A stretch of DNA of 32,000 nt, taken from contig NC_014833.1 of NCBI RefSeq assembly GCF_000179635.2, positions 2,940,001 to 2,972,000 of the forward strand, in the 5' to 3' direction. This DNA is from Ruminococcus albus 7 = DSM 20455 (lineage in GTDB: Bacteria; Bacillota; Clostridia; Oscillospirales; Ruminococcaceae). This document shows, in pieces, positions 1 to 7,987 of the stretch (positions are counted from its first letter, which is position 1; each line of letters begins with the position of its first letter). The position numbers and the translations under genes were made by a program. The notes under the pieces are model-generated. The model saw only the letters and a list, made by a program, of their open reading frames with translations. It had not been told where the DNA came from and ran no database searches.

Positions 1-1
1 G

Positions 2-553
2 GTGACCTACAAGACTGCATGGTACATCCTTCATCGCATCAGAAAAGCTATGAAATGCCGTGAAGAACGCTATTTGCTTGACGGGATCGTTGAACTTGAT
101 GACACGTATCTCGGTGCTCCGACTCACGGTAAAAAGCGTGGCAGAGGAACTGAAAAAGTCAAGATGATAGTAGCTTTGTCAAAGAACGCAGCAGGAAATC
201 CCGAGTACGTTAAAATGAGCGATGTGCCGAATTTAAAGGGTATAACTGTTGGTAGATTTGCCAGGGATAATATCCGCGCAGGCTCGAAGATCGAGAGTGA
301 TAATGCTCGAAGTTACAAGAAACCGTTGGCACAGAAATACTTCCATGTTTTTGAAACATATGATCCGACAAGCGGTCAGCTGAACTGGATGCATAAAGTT
401 ATATCAAACTTCAAAGCAATGATCATGGGAACTTACCACGGAAACGAAAAGATCCACACAGCGTTATATGCTGCCGAATACTGCTACAAATTCAACCGTC
501 GTAAGCTGGGAAACAGTGCGTATTTAAGGCTTTTGGCTGCTTTGGTGCAGTGA
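2..553 (+). CDS. IS1595-family (ISXO2-like DDE) transposase, C-terminal fragment truncated by the window start
   Basis: Motifs YKTAWYILHRIRKAM and IVELDDTYLG..KRGRGT.K are typical of IS1595/ISXO2-like transposases. The frame is open at position 2; stop TGA at 551-553. Confidence 0.8.
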   Translation: MTYKTAWYILHRIRKAMKCREERYLLDGIVELDDTYLGAPTHGKKRGRGTEKVKMIVALSKNAAGNPEYVKMSDVPNLKGITVGRFARDNIRAGSKIESDNARSYKKPLAQKYFHVFETYDPTSGQLNWMHKVISNFKAMIMGTYHGNEKIHTALYAAEYCYKFNRRKLGNSAYLRLLAALVQ

Positions 554-563
554 TCTTACTTGT

Positions 564-585
564 GGTGTGTTAAAGGGATAACCAT
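564..585 (+). repeat. IS-end-like 22-nt repeat, copy A (GGTGTGTTAAAGGGATAACCAT)
   Basis: 21 of 22 nt identical to 1272-1293 in the same orientation. Similarity extends about 10 nt upstream (ACTTGT..GG). Confidence 0.8.
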
Positions 586-593
586 ATTTTTTA

Positions 594-1117
594 TTATCCT
601 TCCTTTTCTTCAATACAAAATCTGCACCCGTACATTGAGAGCAGTATACCATGATGTTTTTCGCAGGCAGGGTATTCCTTGATGATATTCTCTTTATTAA
701 GCTTGCCGAACCATGACAGCCATTCGGTGCGTTCTTCCTCATTTACAAGGTCTGCCGTCATCTTTTCAACAAGTTTCCCGAAGCTTTCCAGCCACGGTAT
801 AACAAGCTCTTCATCAAGCGTATACCTGAGCCTGTCCCACCAAAGCTTTCAAAACCGTCCTTAGTCCAGGGCATTTCAACGATATCAAAACCAACATTGC
901 CCATACCGCATATATCTGTATGCTGAACTCCCAGCCAGACTATCAGCTGCTTTTCACGCTCGGTCTCAGCCAGAGCAGAACCTGCTGCCACCAATGCGTG
1001 TATCATTTCATCAGACGCAGCATTGCTTAAACGGAAATATTCTTTATCCCCCAATTCACGGGTCAATCCGAATGTATTGCTCATATCATACTCATCTCCG
1101 TTCAAACCCCTGCTCAT
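594..1117 (-). pseudogene. Frameshifted gene for a conserved-looking hypothetical protein of about 170 aa
   Basis: The frame from ATG 1115-1117 (MSRGLNGDEYDMSN...EMPWTKDGFESF) runs into junk and stops at 758. Another frame is open from 848 down to a TAA at 594-596 and reads WWDRLRYTLDEELVIPWLESFGKLVEKMTADLVNEEERTEWLSWFGKLNKENIIKEYPACEKHHGILLSMYGCRFCIEEKEG. The shift lies near 840-848. Confidence 0.65.
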
Positions 1118-1142
1118 AATTATGAATTGAGAATTATAAATT

Positions 1143-1177
1143 CTGATATTACACCAATTAATTTGGTGTAATATCAG
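1143..1177. repeat. AT-rich perfect palindrome (15-bp arms)
   Basis: CTGATATTACACCA(A)...(T)TGGTGTAATATCAG, read directly from the sequence. Confidence 0.85.
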
Positions 1178-1196
1178 AACTAGAAATAATCGGCGG

Positions 1197-1232
1197 TTAT
1201 CCTCCCCCCGCCGAAGGCGGGGGGAGGATAAC
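1197..1232. repeat. GC-rich perfect hairpin with 16-bp stem and GAAG loop; possible terminator of the glnA-ANTAR operon or abutting IS-end sequences
   Basis: TTATCCTCCCCCCGCC-GAAG-GGCGGGGGGAGGATAA. The arm GGTTATCC resembles the IS-end core (revcomp ATGGTTATCCC). Confidence 0.7.
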
Positions 1233-1271
1233 ATCGACACGATGATTCATTGTTATATAGCACTTTGTAAT

Positions 1272-1293
1272 GGTGTGCTAAAGGGATAACCAT
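1272..1293 (+). repeat. IS-end-like 22-nt repeat, copy B (GGTGTGCTAAAGGGATAACCAT), solo
   Basis: One mismatch to 564-585. No transposase gene is adjacent. Confidence 0.8.
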
Positions 1294-1314
1294 GTTATAA
1301 ATTATGAATTGAGA

Positions 1315-1887
1315 TCACACCTCATACATCTTGATGACCTTTCGTGCCACCTCAAGCTTTGTGCAGCGCATATCCATAGCCTCTTTCTCGATATACCTGT
1401 GCGCCTGCTGCTCAGTAAAGCCGAGGTACTGCATCAGCGCCAGCTTTGCGCGGTTTACGGAGCGTATCTCCTCCAGCTTCTTCTGCAATTTGATATTCTC
1501 CGAACGTATACCAAGCATACGCTTTCTTGCCGCCGCAGTGAATCGCATCGCACGGTAGAAGATCTCACGGTTGAGGGGCTTGGATATTACCATCGCACCG
1601 AAATCCTCTACCCTGTCAGCCACATCATCGGATATATCGCCCTTTACCAGAAGTACACACATGGCATCAGATGATGAGTAAACGAACTCCGCCAGATCTA
1701 TCCCGTTCTCGTCGGGCAGCGGACAGCTTACCACCATCATATCAAAATCCTGCTCCGACACAGCACGCCGAGCCTCACGTCCCGTTGAAGCACTTGAGAA
1801 TCTTACCCCGGGAAAAATCTCTTTCAACTGACCCACAAGCGCTGATACGTGCTTGTCAGACCCTGCAGCTATCAGTATCCTGTCCAA
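1315..1887 (-). CDS. ANTAR-domain RNA-binding regulator with a degenerate (pseudo-)receiver domain
   Basis: The C-terminus VNRAKLALMQYLGFTEQQAHRYIEKEAMDMRCTKLEVARKVI is a typical ANTAR domain. The N-terminus has a CheY-like fold but lacks the acidic pocket (see finding). TTG start with GGGGGAAG RBS. Confidence 0.85.
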   Translation of the reverse strand: MDRILIAAGSDKHVSALVGQLKEIFPGVRFSSASTGREARRAVSEQDFDMMVVSCPLPDENGIDLAEFVYSSSDAMCVLLVKGDISDDVADRVEDFGAMVISKPLNREIFYRAMRFTAAARKRMLGIRSENIKLQKKLEEIRSVNRAKLALMQYLGFTEQQAHRYIEKEAMDMRCTKLEVARKVIKMYEV

Positions 1888-1908
1888 AATTCTTCCCCCT
1901 TTCTACGA

Positions 1909-2124
1909 TCATACGGGCTCCTTCTCAGGATAATGCTTATCGATCAGCGCCCGCACTGCCGCCGATGTAACACTTTCCTCTGTGTCACGAAACGGCGAAC
2001 ATATCCTTATCTTCTTATCCTCCGAGATAACGTGTATACGATGTCGCCCCTCCGTTACCCTGACGTACCAGTAAAACACTTTGTCACCATATACAAGTTT
2101 TCGCTTTCCCTTTTTCGATACCAT
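1909..2124 (-). CDS. Small basic hypothetical protein (71 aa), translationally coupled to glnA
   Basis: Its ATG shares one nucleotide with the glnA stop (TAATG at 2122-2126). No recognisable motif. Confidence 0.55.
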   Translation of the reverse strand: MVSKKGKRKLVYGDKVFYWYVRVTEGRHRIHVISEDKKIRICSPFRDTEESVTSAAVRALIDKHYPEKEPV

Positions 2125-3431
2125 TACAGTGTATAGAAATATCTCACGGTCTCAAACATTTCCTTGTCCTCGCAGGCTGCATACTCCTTTGCCTCCTGTT
2201 CTTTTTCATTAAGGACATGGGCAATAAGGTTCTCAGGCAACCTCTCTGCCAGGAATTCACTGTTTCTGGCTGCTTCAATTGCTTCATCCAGTGTTGCGGG
2301 AAGTTTTTCAGTAAGCTCCTCGATATTATCCGGTGAAAGATCGGTAGCCGAACAGAGTTCCTCACCATTCAGCGCACCCTCCAGTGCCGCATATATCACC
2401 AGACCCAGTGCAAAATACGGATTGCAGGTATTATCAGGCGAACGAAGTATCATAGCATTCTCATCGGTATTTATCATCGGCACCCTTATAAGCTGTGCAA
2501 AGTTCTCATGGGACCAGGTGATATACTTGGGTGCTCTTGAAGTACCGAGCCTGCTGTAAGAGCTTGCAGTGGAGTCAAGGAACAAAGTTATCTCCCTTAC
2601 TCTTTTGAGTATACCCGCGATCATGGACTTTGCTTCATTTCCCAGGTCATCCAGTCTTGGCTTGAAGATATTTTCAAGTCCCTTCATGCAAAGAAGCATT
2701 ATATGCAGACCGGAGCCGGGTCTGTCGCAAAGCGGCTTCGGCATGAATGTCGCATATAGGCCATTCCTGTCCGCAACAGATTTTACAACGTTCTTGAACG
2801 TAACAAGATTGTCAGCCGCATTCAGTGCGTTTGAATACTGGAAATCTATCTCGTTCTGTCCCGGGCCGCTCTCATGGCGCGAACTTTCGGGATATATGTC
2901 CATCTGTTCTAGTGTCAGGCATATATCACGCCTTAGGTTCTCGCCCTTGTCAGCAGGTGCTATATCGCAGTAGCCTGCATAATCGTGGGGTATCTTGGTT
3001 ATATGTCCGTTGTCGTTCTTCTCAAATACGTAGAATTCGCAGGAAGTACCTATCTGGAAATTATATCCCTTGCTTCTTGCATATTCCACCGCATTTTTCA
3101 GGAACGTTCTGCCGTCGCCTTCAAAGACCGTACCGTCTGCATATTTTATAGTACAGAAAAATCTTACTACCCTGCCCTGCTGAGGTCTCCACGGCAGCAG
3201 AGCAAGCGTATCCGGATCAGGGAACAGCAGCAGATCGGTATTTGAAAAATTCATAAATCCGCTGAGCTTTGAAGCATCAAACAGCAGACCCTTATTGAAT
3301 ATCTTAGGCAGTTCCGATGCAGGAACAGAAATACTCTTCAAAGCGCCAAAAATATCACAGAACATCAACTTTATAAATTTTACGTCATTTTCTTCTACAA
3401 ACTGAAGTACTTCCTTTTCGGTATATCTCAT
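2124..3431 (-). CDS. glnA: Glutamine synthetase, type I (short clostridial form, 435 aa)
   Basis: N-terminal beta-grasp (VKFIKLMFCDIFG) and a catalytic region with NEIDFQY, GSGLH and RxP motifs typical of GS. AAGGAGGT RBS 6 nt upstream of the ATG. Confidence 0.9.
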   Translation of the reverse strand: MRYTEKEVLQFVEENDVKFIKLMFCDIFGALKSISVPASELPKIFNKGLLFDASKLSGFMNFSNTDLLLFPDPDTLALLPWRPQQGRVVRFFCTIKYADGTVFEGDGRTFLKNAVEYARSKGYNFQIGTSCEFYVFEKNDNGHITKIPHDYAGYCDIAPADKGENLRRDICLTLEQMDIYPESSRHESGPGQNEIDFQYSNALNAADNLVTFKNVVKSVADRNGLYATFMPKPLCDRPGSGLHIMLLCMKGLENIFKPRLDDLGNEAKSMIAGILKRVREITLFLDSTASSYSRLGTSRAPKYITWSHENFAQLIRVPMINTDENAMILRSPDNTCNPYFALGLVIYAALEGALNGEELCSATDLSPDNIEELTEKLPATLDEAIEAARNSEFLAERLPENLIAHVLNEKEQEAKEYAACEDKEMFETVRYFYTL

Positions 3432-3443
3432 TTTATGACCTCC

Positions 3444-4064
3444 TTATATATAAGCCTTCAGATATATCCATATCGCTGCTGTCACGAACGGCACTGCACA
3501 GAACACTATCTCTGTCGGTGTCCTAAAACGGTTGTCAGCAGCTATCTTGTTTTTTATCATCAAAGCCGCGAGCACTATATCAAGCACGATCAGCACTCCC
3601 GAGGCTATAAGCAGCAGATCGGTACGCAGCCACGTCATATCAAGAAAATACTCATCACTGTGAGCGAACTTGTCACGAAGATACTCTCTCTCATCATCGC
3701 TGAACTTTCTCACTCTGCCCTCGATCTTCCTGCCGCCTGCGAACTCATCATTCTTGCCCGCACGCACGTATATCCACGCTCCGTCATCGGTGCATACCCT
3801 GTAATAATACTCACTTCCCGTAGGTATGAACCTGCAGAAGCTGTTTCTTATGCCTATATCCTCCGCACTGTCATGTTCAGATACTTCCCCTTCCGCATGA
3901 CCGAAATAGGGTGCATTTTCCATATCACCGACAGTAACATCGGGTCTTATCACTATCCCCGATAGTCCACCCAGGATACACATTATCGCCAGCAGTGCAG
4001 CAGCTGCCAACCATATCCTCGGATGTTTTTCTATCTTCTCGATAAGTGTGCCATTTTCTACCAT
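3444..4064 (-). CDS. Hypothetical membrane protein, first gene of the glnA operon
   Basis: Start placed at MVENGTLIEK (ATG 4062-4064) behind an AGGAGGA RBS. Hydrophobic segments at both ends. The stop lies 13 nt before the glnA ATG. Confidence 0.65.
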   Translation of the reverse strand: MVENGTLIEKIEKHPRIWLAAAALLAIMCILGGLSGIVIRPDVTVGDMENAPYFGHAEGEVSEHDSAEDIGIRNSFCRFIPTGSEYYYRVCTDDGAWIYVRAGKNDEFAGGRKIEGRVRKFSDDEREYLRDKFAHSDEYFLDMTWLRTDLLLIASGVLIVLDIVLAALMIKNKIAADNRFRTPTEIVFCAVPFVTAAIWIYLKAYI

Positions 4065-4109
4065 ATATTCCTCCTGATGTATGCAGCTCTCACTGCAGCA
4101 TTCAAATAG

Positions 4110-4138
4110 ATTATACCACACTTTCCTTTTCAATTCAA
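4110..4138 (-). promoter_or_regulatory. Sigma-A-type promoter of the membrane protein-glnA operon
   Basis: On the minus strand: TTGAAT-17 nt-TGg-TATAAT. Confidence 0.6.
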
Positions 4139-4152
4139 GTGCCGGATATCAG

Positions 4153-4199
4153 CAAAAAAGCACAGGCTGTCCGCCGCTGTAGCGCCATTGCCTGTGCTT
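4153..4199 (-). terminator. Intrinsic terminator after the zinc-ribbon gene
   Basis: On the minus strand: AAGCACAGGC...GCCTGTGCTT stem followed by a T-run, 10 nt after the stop. Confidence 0.8.
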
Positions 4200-4209
4200 G
4201 TTTATTTAT

Positions 4210-5208
4210 TTAGTAGTTCTGCTCGCAGACATATGAGCCTGTGGACATATTGTAAGCAACACTGTAACCGTGTGCACCGTTGTCAGTAAAGAAGTAGTAG
4301 TAAGCATAGCCATCTAACTCTGTTCTGAACTGGCTGCCTGTGATATCGCCGTTGATCTCACCTGCAACTGCTGCACGTACTGTGTTTTCAAGATCCGATA
4401 TATCTACCTCAGCCTGGCTGCTGTCAGAAGCCTGTGACGAACTGCTGTCACCGTCAGCAGCTGACGAAGAAGAATCATTACCGGGTTCAGCAAAATTAAC
4501 AGCACTGCTGTCAGTATCGCTCTGTGATGAAGTATCTGCCGCACTGCTCTCTGTCTGCTGTGCGCCCGATTCTGTTTCTGCCGCACTCTCAACAGGCTGT
4601 GAAGCCACATCATCGACAGGAGTTGTGACCTCAGGCTCGGTGTTTTCATCATCCTCTGCCACATCGGTCTGCGGCTGCTTCTCTGCCGCACTGGTAGCCG
4701 CAGGTCTTGCTCCGCCGTTCTGGGCATTATTGTCGCTGCTGCCCTTTTTTCCGAAGAGCCTCATGCCTACGAATATAGCAGCTATCACGATTATCAGTAT
4801 ACCAATGGTGATGACCGCAGTTATTACGAACAGACGCTTTCTCGCAGCATCTTCCTCGCTGTCATCGCCATAGTTGTCATCATTGTAACGATCGCCGTAG
4901 TTGTCATCGTCGTAGCTGTCATCACCATAATCGTCGAAATCGTCAGGAAATACATCCTCAGCGTCCGAATCAGCGATCACTGCTTTTCCATTCTTCCCGC
5001 TGCCGCCATCATTTCTGGCATTTTCAGGAAGCACGAAACGCTTAGTCATATCATCGTCAGGCTTTTTGAACACCTTTGTTTCATCGTCCACTCCGCCCTC
5101 GGAAGTCATTTTGCCGTCCTCATCGATAAGCAGATTGTGGCAGAACTTACAAAGCACCGCCTCGCCCGAAAGCTCCTTACCGCAGTACGGACAAGTTTTA
5201 GTTTTCAT
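4210..5208 (-). CDS. Zinc-ribbon membrane protein with acidic and Ser-rich low-complexity regions
   Basis: N-terminal CPYCG...CKFCH zinc ribbon, DDNYGD repeats, one TM segment (LFVITAVITIGILIIVIAAIFVG), and an S/D/E-rich extracellular tail. Confidence 0.75.
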   Translation of the reverse strand: MKTKTCPYCGKELSGEAVLCKFCHNLLIDEDGKMTSEGGVDDETKVFKKPDDDMTKRFVLPENARNDGGSGKNGKAVIADSDAEDVFPDDFDDYGDDSYDDDNYGDRYNDDNYGDDSEEDAARKRLFVITAVITIGILIIVIAAIFVGMRLFGKKGSSDNNAQNGGARPAATSAAEKQPQTDVAEDDENTEPEVTTPVDDVASQPVESAAETESGAQQTESSAADTSSQSDTDSSAVNFAEPGNDSSSSAADGDSSSSQASDSSQAEVDISDLENTVRAAVAGEINGDITGSQFRTELDGYAYYYFFTDNGAHGYSVAYNMSTGSYVCEQNY

Positions 5209-5403
5209 TTATATACCATTCCCCTCAGTATTTGATTCCTTACATACGCTCCCCATTTCGGGGCATATAAATATGATAACATAAACGGCGGCAAAAATCA
5301 ACCGTTTTTAACAAAAAAATCGGAATTTTTTCACACTATGTCATGTTGAACAAAATACCCGGATTTTCGCAGGGGATTTCGCAAAAGGATTCATAAATAT
5401 CCT

Positions 5404-7686
5404 TTAGCTTTTTCTTCTTCTGACCTGTATTCCGCCAAGGTTCGAGCCTATGGACTCGATAGTTCTGTTATCCCTTTTATCGGACTGCTTTTTCTTCTTT
5501 CCGCCGCCCTGTCTGCGCTCTGGCTTGGGTGCTGCGGGCTTGGAGGGGTCTTTCATGGTAAGGGATACTCTTCCGCGCTGCATATCAACGTCAAGTACCC
5601 ATACCTTTACTACATCACCGACCTTGACCACTTCAAGCGGATGCTTGATGAACTTGTCGCACAGCTGGGATATATGCACCAGACCGTCCTCATGCACACC
5701 GATATCCACGAATGCACCGAAGTCGATAACGTTCCTTACTGTACCCATGAGCTCCATACCGGGAGTAAGGTCTTTCAGCTCCATAACGTCACCGCTTCTC
5801 ATCAGCGGAGGAGGCAGCTCATCACGGGGGTCACGTCCGGGCTTTTCAAGTTCCTTTACGATATCCGTAAGGGTAGGCAGACCTGTATCCAGTTCCTTTG
5901 CAAGTGCTGCAAGGTCACGTCCCTTCATAGCTTCGGAAAGCTTTTCTGTGTTGCCCACATCGCTCTCAGCTATACCGCATTTTTCAAGCAGAGCCTTAGC
6001 AGCAGCGTAGCTTTCGGGGTGTATGCCTGTATTGTCAAATGGATTCTTAGCCTCGGGCACACGCAGGAAGCCTGCACACTGCTCATAAGCCTTAGCGCCC
6101 AGCTTCTTGACTTTCAGCAGCTGCTTTCTGTCAGTAAATGCGCCGTTCTCCTCACGGTAGAGTACGATATTCTTAGCCACAGCGGAATTTATACCTGCTA
6201 TATACGAAAGCAGAGAGTAGGACGCTGTATTAACGTCAACACCAACGGAGTTAACGCAGTCCTCAACAACACCTTTCAGCGCATCGTCCATGCGTGCCTT
6301 GGGCATATCGTGCTGATACTGACCAACACCGACAGCCTTTGGGTCTATCTTAACAAGCTCTGCCAGAGGGTCCTGCAAACGTCTTGCTATGGATACCGCA
6401 GACCTCAGCGATACATCGTAATCGGGGAATTCCTCAGCTGCCAGCTTTGAAGCCGAGTATACAGAAGCGCCTGCCTCGGATACCACCATGTAGCTGACTT
6501 TGCTGTCTATACCGCGTATAAGCTCAGCTGTGAAATCCTCTGTTTCACGGGATGCTGTACCGTTACCGATAGCGATAGTTGTAACTCCGTACTTCTTTAT
6601 CATATCGGTCAGAACTTTTCTCGCTTCTTCCTTGCGGCGCTCGCTCTGTGTCAGATAAACGATAGCCGTATCCAGCACCTTGCCTGTTTCATCAACAGTA
6701 GCCACCTTGCAGCCGTGTGCATATCCCGGGTCAAGACCCAGTGTAACAGTATTCTTCACAGGGGGTGCCATGAGCAGCTGACGCAGATTTGACGAGAACA
6801 CCTTGATAGCGCCCTCCTGTGCATTTGCAGAAAGTTCAGCCCTTATCTCACGCTCAACGGAGGGCGCGATAAGTCTGCTGAAGCTGTCCTCACAGGCAGC
6901 AGCCACCAGTTTGCCGCAGGCGGAATCATTCTTCACGTACTGTCCGCGGCATATCTCTTCGCCCATACCCTCGGGTATATCTATGCTGACTTTCAGTGCG
7001 CCCTCTTTCTCGCCGCGGTCAAGGGCGAGAACACGGTGTCCTGCTGTCTTTGATACATTCTCGCTGTACTCGAAATAGTTCTGATATACAGCATCAGCAT
7101 CCTCCGATGCTGCGGACGAGGTTATCTTTCCCGAATTGTTGTAAGCCTCACGCAAAGCCTTTCTCAGTTCCGCATTGTCTGAAACATCTTCCGCGATTAT
7201 ATCCATAGCGCCCTGTACAGCAGCCGCTGCATCAGCAACGCCCTTTTCTTCACTTACAAAAGCAGCAGCCTCGGCAGTGGGATCGGTAGAGTCAGCCTGA
7301 GCCAGTATGATCTCAGCCAGTGGTTCAAGACCCTTCTCTCTTGCGATAGATGCACGGGTCTTTCTCTTGGGCTTGTAGGGACGGTATATGTCCTCCACCT
7401 CAACAAGAGTTACTGCCTTTTCGATAGCAGCAGCTATCTCGTCGGTCATCTTCTCCTGCTCGGTTATAGCGTTTACAACTTCTTCCTTGCGCTTTTCCAG
7501 ATTGCGCAGATAGGTCAGCCTGTCATAAAGTTCACGTATCACCTGATCGTCAAGCGAACCTGTTACCTCCTTACGGTAACGGGCAATAAAAGGTATAGTC
7601 TTGTCATCATCAAGCAGTGCAACGGTGTTGTCCACCTGTTCCTGTCTTAAATTAAATTCCTGTGCAAGGACCTTGTTTATATCCAT
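5404..7686 (-). CDS. tex: Tex-like transcription accessory protein (YqgF/HhH/S1 domains)
   Basis: N-terminus TIPFIARYRKE, a central YqgF-like region (LGLDPGYAHGCKVA), and a C-terminal S1 domain (GTVRNVIDFGAFVDIG..DGLVHISQL). Confidence 0.92.
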   Translation of the reverse strand: MDINKVLAQEFNLRQEQVDNTVALLDDDKTIPFIARYRKEVTGSLDDQVIRELYDRLTYLRNLEKRKEEVVNAITEQEKMTDEIAAAIEKAVTLVEVEDIYRPYKPKRKTRASIAREKGLEPLAEIILAQADSTDPTAEAAAFVSEEKGVADAAAAVQGAMDIIAEDVSDNAELRKALREAYNNSGKITSSAASEDADAVYQNYFEYSENVSKTAGHRVLALDRGEKEGALKVSIDIPEGMGEEICRGQYVKNDSACGKLVAAACEDSFSRLIAPSVEREIRAELSANAQEGAIKVFSSNLRQLLMAPPVKNTVTLGLDPGYAHGCKVATVDETGKVLDTAIVYLTQSERRKEEARKVLTDMIKKYGVTTIAIGNGTASRETEDFTAELIRGIDSKVSYMVVSEAGASVYSASKLAAEEFPDYDVSLRSAVSIARRLQDPLAELVKIDPKAVGVGQYQHDMPKARMDDALKGVVEDCVNSVGVDVNTASYSLLSYIAGINSAVAKNIVLYREENGAFTDRKQLLKVKKLGAKAYEQCAGFLRVPEAKNPFDNTGIHPESYAAAKALLEKCGIAESDVGNTEKLSEAMKGRDLAALAKELDTGLPTLTDIVKELEKPGRDPRDELPPPLMRSGDVMELKDLTPGMELMGTVRNVIDFGAFVDIGVHEDGLVHISQLCDKFIKHPLEVVKVGDVVKVWVLDVDMQRGRVSLTMKDPSKPAAPKPERRQGGGKKKKQSDKRDNRTIESIGSNLGGIQVRRRKS

Positions 7687-7987
7687 AATTACATTCCTTT
7701 CTCCGCTTATATTTTCGCGGCATTTTATAATTATAGCATATTTTGTCCAAAAAGTAAAGTCGTAACAAAAAACGCCCTGCCTGCGCCTTTTGCTCGCTCT
7801 CAGGCTGAAATACTTGTCATAAGTATGTTATCAATTTATGACGGAAAGTTCGCAATAAATGGATAGCATTGAACGCTGTGTTTGAAATATAATAAAACTG
7901 AACACATTATAATACCGCAATTATTATCATGCTTCATGTCTGCCGATATGCATACCGAAGCACAGCGAAAAAAGGAGGTCTAATAGT

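Larger units (their letters stand above)
1..585 (+). mobile_element. Right-hand part of an IS1595-family insertion sequence (transposase 3' part plus putative terminal repeat); left part lies outside the window
   Basis: Transposase ORF is open to the window edge. About 30 bp after its stop lies GGTGTGTTAAAGGGATAACCAT (564-585), which recurs at 1272-1293, consistent with an IS terminus. Confidence 0.7.
1118..1314. repeat. 15-bp direct repeats AATTATGAATTGAGA (1118-1132 and 1300-1314) flanking a 167-bp insert
   Basis: Exact 15-nt duplication. One copy abuts the pseudogene ATG and the other abuts the ANTAR gene stop. The intervening DNA holds two palindromes and the IS-end copy. Confidence 0.75.

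Noticed and set aside
835-855. Programmed -1 ribosomal frameshift joining the two halves of the split gene
   Set aside because: No X-XXY-YYZ slippery heptamer or downstream pseudoknot or hairpin is visible at the junction. A homopolymer-associated 1-nt deletion is the simpler explanation.
758-1240. N-terminal extension of the track ORF (residues 1-41, coordinates 1118-1240)
   Set aside because: The extension is translated through the two perfect palindromes and a direct repeat. The internal ATG at 1117 begins the globular sequence.
4065-4109. ANTAR target in the leader of the glnA operon (hairpin TGCAG-TGAGAG-CTGCA)
   Set aside because: There is only one short hairpin, its hexaloop starts with U rather than A, and there is no second hairpin or overlapping terminator. 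It does not fit the known two-hexaloop ANTAR substrate.
4340-4873. 177-aa plus-strand ORF and 107-aa minus-strand alternative-frame ORF within the zinc-ribbon protein gene
   Set aside because: They arise from the low-complexity Ser/Asp/Glu-coding repeats, where all frames stay open. The zinc-ribbon frame has the RBS, a TM segment and a structured C-terminal domain.
5450-6450. 186-aa and 269-aa plus-strand ORFs inside tex
   Set aside because: They are antisense to a gene with unambiguous Tex motifs along its whole length. These are typical long shadow frames in coding DNA of about 50% GC.
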